Of a DNA stretch of 64,000 bases, positions 36,588-49,756 are shown piece by piece. The stretch comes from Cystobasidiomycetes sp. EMM_F5. Lineage: Eukaryota. The stretch spans positions 248,001-312,000 of the forward strand of contig JBPGPT010000016.1 in assembly GCA_051047955.1 (NCBI GenBank). The letters are read 5' to 3'. Position 1 is the stretch's first letter, and each line of letters begins with the position of its first letter. A model generated the notes under the pieces. It was not told where the DNA came from. It did not search any database and worked only from the letters and a program-made list of their open reading frames with translations. A program made the position numbers and the translations under genes.

Positions 36588-38457
36588 CTATTGCTCAGAC
36601 CAGATCTTTATCGTCTTGTCTGCTCCAGCGGTAATGAGTCGACTACCAGTCATGTCGAATGTCGAAGTGAAGAGACCAGCTTCTGCGTCGAGAGAACCCG
36701 GTTGTGGTTTATCAACTTGTGTCTGGAAGGGTATGCCTGTCTTGTAGTCAAACCACGTCATGCCACCATCATCCGCGCCCGCAAAGAATACTCCGGAATC
36801 ATTGACAGAGACTGTATTGATGATTGTATTATCGAGACCCTGGAAGTTATGGACGAAGGCGCCTTCTGGGAATTTCCACTTTTTGAGATTTGACGATCCT
36901 GCCGAACCTGATGCGAATGAAAACTCGGTGGGATGTACTGCCAGCGATCGTACACTCTTGTGGTGGTGCGTGAGTTGGACCATCGTCTTGCCCGCTGCTA
37001 GATCCCATAGTCGGATTGTAGAGTCCATACTACCCGAAATGACTTGCGGATCAGATTCTTGCGTCTTGACATCTGCAATCGTTCCAGTGTGCCCGGTCAT
37101 TATGTGGATAGCTTGTTTGGTGCGCATGTCCCATACGCTAACATACGTCAACATACGTTAGCGCTGCCGCATGCTGAATGAGGTAAAATACGTACCGGAC
37201 TGCTGCGTCACGACCACCTGTCACAAGTACGTCCAGGGTCGGATGGAGTGACAGAGTATAAACCGCTGACAGATGCCCGTGGTAGTGCCGAATGACTTTG
37301 TTTGTCTCCAAGTCCCAGCACTTTACCATCTTGTCTTCTCCGGCCGAGAAGAGGTATGGATGGCGTGATGAGACTGCGAGACCTCTTACTGTAGAGATGT
37401 GACCTGTTAGGGATAGCTTGAGTTCGCCTGTAGCTAGATCCCATATCTGAGAACGATAATGAATGTCAGGTTGTAGGCCATCTAGAAGATATGCAGCAAG
37501 CCAACCTTGATCAATCTATCACCAGCACCGGTAGCGAACCATTGATTCCCCGGTTCCACAGCCACAGATCGCACCCAACCGAGGTGACCAGAGATGACTT
37601 TTGACAATTTCCATTGAGGGTGATAGTCTGGTTTTATGGATCTCGCTTCTTTACGCTTGATGAGGGATTGGGAGAGAAGGGTTGGCTGTGTTTGCGCGGC
37701 GTGCTGTTGTCGGACAAGACTGGAGGGGAACAATGCGTTTACTTGGTTTAATCTCGTACTTAGGGAAAGCAACATACGCTCGATCCTGCGACACTTCATC
37801 TATCGTAGCCGAGGTGGAAGCGGTAAAACTTTCGGGGCCTAAAGCGTCGACGGGGGCAAGATGAAGAGAGTTAACCTTCGATTCGCGTCGGCGTACAGTT
37901 GCGACTTGCCCTCAATCATCTTTCTCTTTACACCCGCCTGTCCATTTTGCGGCCTCTGCGGTGCTGCAACAGAACTACTTGCCGCACCCTGCCCTGGTCT
38001 TGATGCTCCCTGTTGTGCTGCAAGTGCCGCCGGTAGCTGAGTGAGATCTCTGTATTCTGCTTCGATTTTGGCTGCTATGCGTGCTTTTGAGCTGGGAGAA
38101 GAACAGCGATTGAGGGAAGAGGAACAAGGCCACTTCAGTATACAAGTATCATATGTAAGACTTGTAGTGTTGGCCTTGGCTATCGCTTCCATATCAACGG
38201 ACTCGACAAGCTAGCCCATGCCGGACAAGCCAAACTCCTTCGGCGACTCACGCTTCGGCAACTCCAAACGTTCCCGCTGCTGTACTGCTCTCTCCCAACT
38301 GCAGAGGGTCGCTGGCTGCAAAGAGCGCCCTTGTCCGGAGCACTGACTTTTTCAGCAATGGCTGCAATGGCGGCAGAGCTGGCAGCGAGTCGGAGGATGT
38401 GGACGGTAAGCCATGTCCATTGGTCGTGGGCGCTGCGGACGAGACTGCAGCAGACAT
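36588..38457 (-). CDS. PRP46: Pre-mRNA splicing factor PRP46/PLRG1 (WD40)
   Basis: [74 protein letters not shown]. Confidence 0.96.
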
Positions 38458-38617
38458 GGTGGGGCAGGCTGTTGGGGTGTATGGACTGAGTTGTATTGAA
38501 TGTAATGGGCTGTTCAGTGTCTCGATCGTGGACATTATCGTATCGTGTTCAGAGCTGCTCTGGTCTGCTGCAATCTGACTGTCTGGCTGCACATTCTGAG
38601 CATTTGAAGCTGCCATC

Positions 38618-39906
38618 ATGGTGTGTCCAGTGCCTGTTTTCTCGCGGGACTCTTGTTGATGCTCGCTCCTGCCAGCCCGGTCCAGCTTCAAACCTCACGG
38701 CAACGATAGAGACTGCCCATGAGGACATGGTGGTGCGTTGATATTCTTTATGGGCGTGCGCACAGCTCACAGTGCTGCTGGCATTCAGCACGACACGGCC
38801 TGCGACTGGTACGGCAAGCGGATAGCGACGTGTTCGAGCGACCGCACGGTAAAGGTGTTTGATGTGGAGGGCGAGGTGGGTTGAAGATGCAATGCACGTA
38901 GTCGTAGGAGGCATGCTAACTGTACATCTGTTCCCTCACCGCCGTCGACTAACTAGAACAATTACCACCTCGTCGACACGCTCAGAGGACACGATGGACC
39001 AGTGTGGGCAGTAGCGTGGGCGCACCCGAAATTTGGTAGCATCCTAGCGTCATCCTCTTACGATGGCAAGGTGTTTGTGTGGAGGGAAGTAGTAGGACAA
39101 CCTGCTCCTGGAAGTACCGGCACGCAGAATGGACGGTGGGAGCGTATAAAGGATCATAGCCTGCATGGAGCGAGTGGTAGGTATTCGGCTCTTCGCATAT
39201 GTCCTGTCCCGTATTCTAATTCTCTTTCCCCTCAGTCAACGCCATTGCCTGGGCGCCGCACGAACTCGGTCCAATGCTCGCGTGTGCCAGTTCAGACGGC
39301 AAAGTCTCTGTACTCCTTTTCAACGACGACGGCACTTGGGACGCGTCATTATTTGCAGCACACAGTATCGGCGCCAATGCGGTATCCTGGGCGCCTGCCA
39401 TCATTCCCGCTTCTCTGCTCACTCCCTCGCACAACAATACTGCACAAGGTGCAGCGCAACAACCGAACTACGTGCGCAAGTTTGCGACTGGGGGATGCGA
39501 CAGCCTCGTCAAGATCTGGGCTTACGACGAGCAGAGCAAAGCGTGGGCATTGGAAGAGACACTTGAAGGCCATAGCGACTGGGTACGGGATGTAGCGTTT
39601 GCTCCTGGTGTTGGACTCCCGAGGACATACCTCGCTTCGTGTGGCCAAGACAGAACAGTCGCGATATGGGCACAGGATGCACCAGGACAAGCGTGGAATA
39701 GAAGGGTACTCAATCCCGCACCGTACCTGAGTACAGCACCGGGTGCCGCTCCACCGCAGGAAGGCAGATTCCCAGACGTGGTATGGAGAGTCAGCTGGTC
39801 TGTCACAGGTAATGTCCTGGCTGTAAGCGCAGGAGATGGTAAAGTCAGCCTGTGGAAGGAATCTCTCAAGGGAGAGTGGGAGTGCGTCTCTGAAGTGTCG
39901 GCGTGA
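38618..39906 (+). CDS. SEC13: COPII/nucleoporin WD40 protein SEC13
   Basis: [71 protein letters not shown]. Confidence 0.97.
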
Positions 39907-40037
39907 CCCATAGGACAGACTAGACGAGTGCACCATGACAAGGTCATGCCTAGTTTCAATGATGCAGATTTGTTTTCTGGGAGAGTTCTTGTCTTCCGTC
40001 TGCCATTGCATTGTACCTTGACTCTGGTCACATTTGC

Positions 40038-43000
40038 ATGGTCTGTCGAGCAGCCGAAAAGTTCTGTAGACGGCTCCTCATATCCACTCCGACATTTCGC
40101 AAGCACTTCTGCACTTCGCTTTGGGCATCTCGAGTCACTCTGACACCTCCCAGGCCGTTGGCATTCTCATCAAGTACTCGAGTCAGTCCGGATCCGTCAA
40201 GGCTTGCGCAGGCTATCCAGATTGGCAGAGGACTGCACTGTGCTACATCCGTCAATATGTCGGCAAACGAACAGGCGGCCAGTCAGGCAAAGCCAGAGCA
40301 ATCAATTGCCGTTTTCTCTGGCCAGCAAAATGGTAGCGGGCCAGATGAGGAACTCAAGCAGGCTCGGGAAGGTAAGTAAAGGGAAGGGTCGCGCTTGGAT
40401 AGCTACTTACTGTAATTTCAACACTATCGCTCGGCCTGGCTACACTCTCGTACCCAAAAAAAACGCCACTATAAACATACTATCAACAGCTAAAAAGAAA
40501 GAGAAGGAATTGAAGAAGCAGGAAGCTGCTGCAAAGATTGCAGCAAAGAAGGAAGCCGCTGCGAAAGCGACCGCTGCGAATGGTGCAGCAGCTCCAGTCA
40601 AAGAAAAGGCAAAGAAGGAAAAGGCAGTAGCAGCTGTCGAGGAAGTGCCTTTCGTAAACAACACTCCGCCTGGCGAAAAGAAGGGTAGGTCTTGCGATTT
40701 AATCTATTGATAATCGGTCGCAGCGTCATTAACAGTGGAAATTGGCCTTTCTCAAGATCTGTCTGAGAAAATGGCCGACGGATACAACCCCATTGCCGTA
40801 GAAGCAGCTTGGGACCTATGGTGGGAAAAGATTGGCGTATTCAAGCCCGCACTCACACCTGAGGGCAACCCGAAGCCGGAAGGAACCTTCGTGATACCAC
40901 TGCCTCCGCCTAACGTGACCGGCGCACTGCATATCGGTCATGCTTTGACTGTGTCCGTACAAGACTGTCTGATCCGATGGAATCGAATGCTGGGAAAGAC
41001 TGTCCTCTACACTCCTGGATTCGATCATGCTGGTATTTCGACGCAATCTGTAGTAGAGAAGAGACTGTACAAGTCATCCGGCAAGACACGCCATGACCTC
41101 GGCAGAGAAAAGTTTTTGGAGACTGTGTTTGAGTGGAAAGATCAGTATCAAGCGCGTATCACGATGCAGCTCCGTCGTCTTGGTGTGTCTACAGACTGGT
41201 CAAAGGTCGCTTTCACAATGGACGATGTAGGTCGAACAACAATTTCTTATTCTGTATGATATGTGACTCAGTCCTATTCATAGGTGCGATACAAGGCAGT
41301 GATGGAGAACTTCTGCAGGCTCTACGAAGAAGGCATCATTTATCGATCAAATCGTTTGGTAAACTGGTGTTGCCAGCTCAATACTACCTTGTCCAATATT
41401 GAAGTATGTAACGAAAACGGACCGCTCCGTACAGTGGTCCTGACTACTCCCATTGTTATGATAGTGCGTACCGAAGGAACTCAAAGGGCGAGAACTGCTG
41501 AACGTCCCTGGATACGATGCCAAGGAACGCTTCGAATTCGGTGTCCTCACAAGCTTTGCTTATCAGGTGGAGGGATCTGGTACGTGTCCTCCTTCTCTCC
41601 CGATATACGCACACACGCTTATACCTCCTAAATGATAGACGAAAGGATCGTAGTCGCGACAACGCGTCCAGAAACAATGCTTGGCGATACCGCTGTCGCC
41701 ATCCATCCCGATGATTCTCGCTACACTCATCTCCACGGAAAATATCTTGTCCATCCTTTCGTCGACCGCAGAATCCCCATCGTGCTCGATTCCGAACTCG
41801 TGGATATGGAGTTTGGTACTGGCGCAGTAAAAGTGACGCCAGCGCACGACCCGAACGACTTCAAATGCGGCGAACGGCACAAGCTTGAATTCATCAATAT
41901 TCTCAATGACGATGGCACCTTTAATGCTAATGCTGGTCCTTATGCTGGCAAGAAGCGATATCATGTGCGAAATGAGATTATCGTAGCTCTCAAGGAAAAG
42001 GGACTATATGTCGGATGGGAGCCCAATCCCATGACGATCCAGTTGTGCGAGTAGGTCGTGGTGATGCGATCCATCGGTCTAGAACGCGTATTGATGGGTG
42101 TTTCGGTCAGCAAATCGAAAGACGTCATTGAGCAGATTATGAAGCCGCAATGGTGGGTAAACACGACGCCGTTGGCGGCGGACGCGATACAGGTAGGAAG
42201 GCGGTTGAGTGGCATTCTGTAGCAGCGACTAACACTAATGAACATGCAGCGGACCAAGACTGGCGAATTGCAGATGCGGCCGGCAACGGTGTTGAGCGAT
42301 TGGTACAATTGGATGGAGAAGCCACAAGATTGGTGCATATCCCGTCAATTGTGGTGGGGCCATCGCATACCCGCCTACTTTGTCAAGATAGAGGGTAAAG
42401 AGAATGATGTAAGTCCATTCGGCATGCTCCATTGACATGGATGCCTATACTGAGCTGACTTTCTCTGTTTCTATATCCGTTATAGACCAACGACGCCAAT
42501 TCATGGATAGTTGGACGCAACATGCAGGAAGTTGAGCACAGAGCTGCAGAACGTTTTCCTGGCCAGAAGTATACTCTGGTTCAAGATGAGGATGTGCTCG
42601 ATACATGGTTCTCATCATGCTTGTGGCCTTTCTCCACTTTGGGCTGGCCAGAGAAGGTCTGTCCAATTATTCTTGCTGATGGTGACGGGCGGGCGGACAA
42701 CTTACTCAGCCTTTCCAGACGCAAGATTTTGAAAACTTCTTCCCGGCATCGATGCTTGAAACGGGTTGGGATATCTTGACGTTCTGGGTGTCACGGATGG
42801 TCATGATCGGGGGGAGATTAACTGGCAAGAGCCCTTTCAGCGAAGTGTTCTGCCACGCCATGATTCGAGATGCACACGGGCGGAAGATGAGCAAATCTCT
42901 GGGAAATGTTATCGATCCGATAGACGTAATTGAAGGGTGCAAGCTGGAAGCGCTGCACAACCAGTTATTGGAAGGCAACCTAGACGCGACGGAAATCGCG

Positions 43001-44375
43001 AAGGCCAAAGCTGGGCAGAAGCGCGATTTCCCAGATGGCATTCCGCAGTGTGGCACAGATGCTTTGCGATTTGCATTGTGTGCCTATACCACCGGTGGTC
43101 GAGATATCAATCTGGAAATTCTGCGCGTGGAAGGCTACAGGAAGTTCTGCAACAAGTTGTGGAATGCAACCAAATTCGCGTTCTTGAAGTTCCCCGATGA
43201 TTATGTTCCACCAAAATCTGCTGTGGTATGTTCGGACCAGACGTTTTGTCTCTCTCGCTTCGTGCGCTGACGTGTCTGTTCACCAGCCAACGGGAAGGGA
43301 GAGTCTTGTCGAACGATGGATTTTGGCGCGTCTCGAGACATGCGCCTCGGAATTGAATAAACATCTGGAGGGACGGAGTTTCCTGCTGGCGACCAAAGCC
43401 ATCTACGATTTCTGGCTGTATGAGCTGTGTGACATTTTTATTGAAGCCATGAAACCGCTATCATCGGAAGACGCGCCAGCCGACACGCGCGCATCCGCAC
43501 AGGCTACGCTATACACCTGCCTCGATCATGGTCTGCGCATGTTACACCCGTTCATGCCATTTGTAACAGAAGAGCTTTGGCAGAGACTTCCACGTCGACC
43601 AGAAGACAGCACAATCTCCATTGCTCTCGCTTCCTTCCCACTCTCTGTCAGTAGACTGTTGTTTGCACACTGGTTCGCAGCTGACGGAAATCTGTATAGG
43701 ATGAAGCTTTCCAAAATCAGCAAGCCGAGCAAGATTTCGAAATTGTGAACGCCTGTACTGAGAAGGCGCGCTCGCTTGCTGGCGTGTATCATTTACGTAC
43801 CAACATTCAACGTAAGGTCTTGCACACGTCAATTGTTTGCTACTCTGACTTGTGTTTCGCGGTACCATCTAGTATTTATTGAATGCAAAGACGAAAATCT
43901 CGCAAAACTCCTAGCGGAGCAAGTCCCGACTATCACGGCCTTGGTGAAGGGTTGCAAATCGATTGGAATCGTCACGTCAGCGTCGGAGGTCCCCGAAGGC
44001 TGCTCTAGCGATACCGTAGGCAGTTCCATCGTAGTACACCTACTTATCAAGGTTAGTGTAATCATTCTTGCTGGTCAGGATCAGTCGCTAATCATGAGCC
44101 AAAACTACAGGGAATGATCAACGTAGACGTCGAGCTTGCTAAAGCCGAAAAGAAGATTGCAGCTGCCAAAGCCAATATTGAAAAGCAATCCAAGATCTTG
44201 GCTAGGCAAGAAACGCCTGCCGATATCAAGGCCGCCGCAACCGAGCAGACAGCCGTCCTTGAAGCCGAGATTGCAGCGTTGTCGTTGAATATTGAGCAGT
44301 TTAGGTAAATCTTGGCTGAATCGATGGGGAGTATTCACCAGACTGACGAATATGACACACAGCAAATTGAGATGA
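40038..44375 (+). CDS. VAS1: Valyl-tRNA synthetase (ATG 40038 putative mitochondrial form; ATG 40257 putative cytosolic form)
   Basis: [62 protein letters not shown]-terminal coiled coil. Confidence 0.97.
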
Positions 44376-44722
44376 GATCAAAGCCAGAAGCAGTAATATC
44401 GTTCCAGCAGTAGGGTTCTTTCAGTACTCAGGAAGTAAATGTTCCGGGATGACCCGTTCGGACGGCTTTCGTTGTCTCCACCTAGACAGGAGCACATGCA
44501 TACAGTAGAACGTGTAGCACACTGCCTACCGAGTCTTCATAGCAATAATAAATTCGAATACATCTCCGGACTTCCTTTGCATTATTTCGTCCAAAAGGGT
44601 ATGCATCTCTCTGATACAACCTCAGACAGACTGCAAACATGTGCACGATACAACTGAACTCGTGAAAGCGTCTTGCTATACACGGCAAGTTCCGGATGGC
44701 TGGGTTCTGACGGTGGCTCTAT

Positions 44723-44728
44723 ACGCGT
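44723..44728. promoter_or_regulatory. MCB-like element (ACGCGT) upstream of ELG1
   Basis: Exact ACGCGT about 60 nt upstream of the ELG1 ATG; single 6-mer, so function is inferred only. Confidence 0.35.
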
Positions 44729-44788
44729 CGACAACATAGGGCCAGCGCGGAAGCATGTTCGAAGCAGTCAGCAAATTAGCACTCCACA

Positions 44789-47691
44789 ATGACCCAACAA
44801 TCTGCGCTAGAAAGATCAGTGCAGGCCTCATTATCACAGCCCTTGCAGAGCAAAAAACTGTTTCCCCTGTTCAATACGTCCAGGTCGTCACAGATCAAAA
44901 CAAGCCAAAGTGTCGGTAATAGCGAGCCCACAACATCGTCAGATCCCCTCGATATCCTTGGGCACAATGACGCAAAGAAATCCGCAAAGATAAAGAAAGC
45001 AACGAAGCCTGCGAATGGCTCGTCTACAGCCACAATAATGCCCGTGCATACCAAGGACCCCGCCTCAATTCGCAATAACGGCGATGCGGAAGAGGTTTCA
45101 GATGATGTGTTGGCACCGCTGCTGCCTGCCCTTACGCCTGGCCCAAGCGAGCAGCAAGCGCGTGCCGTCACACCAACCAGATTTGAAGACAACATCATTG
45201 TAATTTCAGACTCTCCCGTGCGAGAGTCTATACCGATCAAGACGTTTGCAGATTATGATGCTGAACGACGCGCCAAGCGAGCAAAAAAAGCTGCATCTGG
45301 ATGGAGCGGCAAACAGAATCCGCCTTGGCCGACATCGGAATCCTGCCATGTACAACCCAAGTCTGCGGCAAGCGAGTATGCATCCTTGATACCGTACCAA
45401 GTTCCTCGAAGCAGTGGTAAGTTACCGATCCGTACGCTTGAAGCGCTACCGAGGGGGTGCACAACATCCCAAGCATACGAACATCTGCGAAGCCTTTTCG
45501 CACTGCCCAAGCATGTATTCCGAGACAGTAGCTCGACAAGTGACACCCAGAAGGACCATCCCTCGTACGCCTCATCGACTGGCCAATCAAAAGCCGGTGG
45601 ATCCACTCAGAACGTCGCCTCTATTCAGCAGTTATGGACATCAGCCTGGGCTCCGAGAAAAGCGGAGGAAATCTTGGGAGACGCCAACAGAAGCAACGGT
45701 CTGTATTTACGCAAGTGGCTTGAAGATCAATCTCTTGCTGGTGCGCGATGACGTGTCTGCCTCATCCTTGCGTCAGCAGCCTGACGCCTCGTCTGTATAG
45801 ATTTGAATGAAGAAATTGGCAATGATAGCGGTTCAGCTTTATCAACACGAAAACGTAAGATTCAGCGAGGTCTGAGCAGCCACCAAAGAAAACGCATGAA
45901 ACGAGCAAATAAAAGATCCAAACGATTGGCCAACTCCATTCTACCGGACGACGACGATCTCGCAGATTTTATTGCCTCCGAAACAGAAGAAGAACTGTAT
46001 TACGACTACTACGACCTTGACAGCCGGAGTGTGCCCATAAGTCCAACAAAGTCACAAGTCTCGAGTATTGCAGAATCTTCTGCCTTGACGAATGCCATCC
46101 TGCTCTGCGGACCTGTTGGGAGCGGGAAGACGTGCACTGTATACGCAGTAGCTCAAGAACTGGATTGGCAAGTTTTCGAGGTGTTTCCTGGCATAGGAAA
46201 GCGCGGTCAGCGCGACATAGACCGATATGTTGGCATGGTAGGCCAGAACCATATTGTTCACACACATGAACTGGGGGCTACAAGCGGCACGGGCAAACCA
46301 CCTCGCGGAGGCCTTCAAGGCTTCTTCAGCATGGCCAATTCTGGCAAAATCGCTTCCATGGAGCCTGTCAATAGTACTACCGCATCGAACGAGGTCACGA
46401 CAGAAACGGAGGCTGCGTCGGCTTCGGGCAAGGTCAGGCAATCGCTTGTACTCATCGAGGAAGTCGACATTTTGTTTGCCAGCGATCAGGGCTTCTGGGA
46501 TGGTAGGTCCCCTTCACCTCCGATCCCACATGGTACAGTCTAACTCGAGTGCAATCGGTAGCCCTGATTCACTTCATTGGTGAATCGAGACGGCCGGTCG
46601 TAATGACTTGTAACGGTGGGCCCACATCAGAACATAGTGCGGTAAATGCTTATAACGCGTGCTAGATCCCAGCGATATACCATACACCAGACTCGCTCTC
46701 CAGAAGACGCTGATCTTCGAGCCGGTGGGCGAGGCTGTCGCACTCAGCCGTCTACGCAGTATCTTGCGCGAGCAACGAGGTGCGAGCGATTCAAAGACTT
46801 TGCTGGATACAAATTTGCATTGCAACACACTCCACATGCAGCCACAAGCGGTCGATATTAGGCAAATCTTGTCGCAGATGCAATACCAGTCAGTTATGCA
46901 AAGCGACCAAATTACGGTGCCACAGGCTAGCCTGCGCATTAATGGAGAACGCCAGACAGAGACACCAATCAAACAGCTTGCAGCTACGGCTGATGTATTG
47001 TCCTTCATCGATGCCGAAATAGTTCGGCGAGCCTTCATGCGACACGAGGTGTGCCGGGTCTGAATTGGCCAAAACCTGCAGAGTATGCTGACTGGTTTTG
47101 GACAGGATGAGGAGAATATCGACCTTTCGGCAGAGGACGCTTTAGCCGGCCATTCGGAAACTTCCTACCGGCAGATACTGCAGATTCCCGCTGTACCTAT
47201 ACAAGTACCGCTGCCTGCGTACGGTCGGGAAGCGGAGATAGCTCAATGTATCGTTGGTGTTGATATTGACGCAATAGAAACGGATATCAAGAGGTATGTG
47301 GGCTTTCCGAGGTGAAGTAGACCGGTGCTGACGATCATAAATTCTGCTTAGCAGTGCTCCCGGTGCAGCAAGCGAGACCCGAATTGCCATATCACGCGAA
47401 CTATTGGCATATTCGACAATCGATAGAAAGATGTTGACCGAGACTTTACCATACCTACAGGAGATTGTGGCCATTGACGATATTCTTGAAATCGCATTCA
47501 ACGAAGCAGTCAAGGCTGAAGCGGAGGAAGCTGTCATCGACACTCGTGTCCGTCGCTCTCGAAGGCTAGCCGGTGCGGCGAGAGAAGCATATCCACGCTA
47601 CAAGGGTATCAGCGGAGACATCGCCGAAATGATCAGAAGCACTCGATTCTCAGGGCAAAACGTTTCGATGGAAGAGCGGCACATTGCCTAA
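44789..47691 (+). CDS. ELG1: ELG1/ATAD5 RFC-like PCNA unloader large subunit
   Basis: LWTSAWAP, NAILLCGPVGSGKT..VYAVAQELDWQVFEV, QSLVLIEEVDILF..DQGFW, RPVVMTC. Confidence 0.85.
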
Positions 47692-47814
47692 TCTGAAATC
47701 AGCCATCAATTGTTGTCAGACTTGCTACTCACTGCTACACCAATGCAACTTTCTGCTTCGACCATGTTTTCTCAGTGGCGTTGCCTTTAGATGTCTGCTT
47801 GCTTCACACAAACG

Positions 47815-49621
47815 ATGAAACTGCTCAGGAAGCATGTGGAAAAGGATGGCAGTGGTTCAGTCGGCTTGCGGCTAGAGCAGGAAGAGGATCTATGGCATGG
47901 TAAGGTCGCCAAAAAGAACCGTGCGGTCGCAGTGGCTGATCGGGCAGCTTCAATTAAATCCAGCATATAATCTGATACAAGAGGTGGATTCTACACGTAC
48001 TATGAACTTCTGTCCAAGATTAATGACACTAATAATGTTGCAAAGGGCGATGAAGTTCGGGCAACAGCGATACGGCGTGTGGTCACGGAATCAAGTACAG
48101 GTTCGACGGACTCTCGCCGTGTGCGGACTATGCTCACGGTGAAGGTCAAGAAAGTCGTCTTCTCTGCTGCTGGACAGTCGGAAAATGACCTTGTTGATGG
48201 CCAATCCAGCTCCCTCGGACAACAAACGAGTTCAACGGCTGCGACAGCAGCGTCAACTCTGCATGTTGCAGGACCGGTCTCCAGCGAATCCGATGTGGTC
48301 AAATTGGGAGCGTATCACACCCTTGATCTGGAGGCTGGTCGGGACTTTACTCTCACGAAAGGCCAGGGTGGATGGGATTCCATCGGTATTGACCGAGTAA
48401 AGGAAGCAACAGAAGCAGGTGGTGGAGCCGAAGTAGGCGCCATTGTGTGCGGAGATGGTTGGTTCTCATTGTCTACGCCGTTATCTCGCGCCTGACGTTC
48501 GCAGCGTACAGGCGTTGCGAATATTTGCCTAATAACTGCTCATACTACTCTCGTGAGGCAACGGATAGATGTGCCGATACCCCGGAAAAGAAAAGGTGGA
48601 GGGACAGCCCTTGGGGCAGACAAGGTGAGGTTCTGTTCTCGGGATGTATAGACGGAACTCTGATTCGTCACATCCCAGGCGCAAACTCGTTTTCATCAGC
48701 AAATATACCAAGCAATAGTTCGGCATTTCGATTTCAGCACTCTGAAGGTGGTCCTGGTTGCTTCACCTGGATTCGTCAATCAAGCTGTCTTCGAATACAT
48801 AATGTCTGAGGCGACTGTACGCTTCTACATTCGATTGTCACAGTATTAAGCTTACTCACTCACTATGAAAAAGCGTAATAGCAATAAGCTCATAACTTCC
48901 TTCAAATCCAAGTTCCTGCTGGTTCATTCGACCTCGCACCACGTCCACGCTCTCACACAGATATTGTCTTCGCCAGAGGTAAATTCGGCCCCGATTTATT
49001 ACCGCATTACGATGGCTGAGCGGTCAGTGAAGGTCGCAACACAGCTCAAAGACACAAAATTTGCAAGAGAGGGAATGATGTTGCAAAAGTAATCCTCGTC
49101 GCTCTCATCCCCAAAATATTGCTGTATACTGATGCATTATACAGATTCTTCAGGATGATGAATGACGACGAATTGCGCGCCTGGTATGGTGTGGACCATG
49201 TGATGATGGCAGCGGAGCGAGGAGCTGTCGGAACCCTGTTGATATCGGACAGGTTATTCAAGTAAGGGTCGTCGGAATACTGCATAATCGCGCTAGCTTA
49301 TTTCCTCATCCTTGATGATTGATAGGAGCAACGACTTTGCTAAACGGCGGCGATTCGTACAATTAGTGGAAGACGTCAAGAAATTTGGCGCCGAGGTTGT
49401 AATATTTTCCAGCATGCATGAAAGCGGAGAACGTAAGCCTCTCTGTCCGCCTGTCGCAAAGTCTACAGAACACTAATCTCCGTATGCCAGAGCTGAATCA
49501 GTTGACGGGCCTCGCTGCCATATTGACATTTCCTTTCGACGTGGAAGCCGTTATTGAGGAGGACAAAGAGCTAAAAGGAAGGCAGGCGAAGGAGAATGAA
49601 GAAGCAGCAGCTGCAATATGA
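47815..49621 (+). CDS. DOM34: Pelota/DOM34 ribosome rescue factor
   Basis: [73 protein letters not shown]. Confidence 0.96.
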
Positions 49622-49756
49622 TCTTTTCAATGTAGCATTTAAGCAGTATTGGCGATACTCAAGCAGTCTGTGGCATTGTACTCATTTACTCAGGAACTGC
49701 CTGAATAGTAGTCTCGTCTTGTGATTTGTGATTGCTTGCGTTACTACTTATCAGGC

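Noticed and set aside
38093..38251. Longer introns (PRP46 ~160 nt, VAS1 40372-40488, GCS1 ~12004-12081) as snoRNA hosts
   Set aside because: No properly paired C (RTGATGA) and D (CTGA) boxes or H/ACA structure visible; a snoscan/Infernal run would settle it
39349..40106. Long antisense ORFs (220 and 194 aa) over SEC13, and similar shadows over HSP60, NOP58 and GCS1
   Set aside because: No recognisable motifs; expected shadows of codon-biased genes
44376..44788. Possible ncRNA between VAS1 and ELG1
   Set aside because: No recognisable conserved RNA motifs; explained as 3' UTR plus promoter
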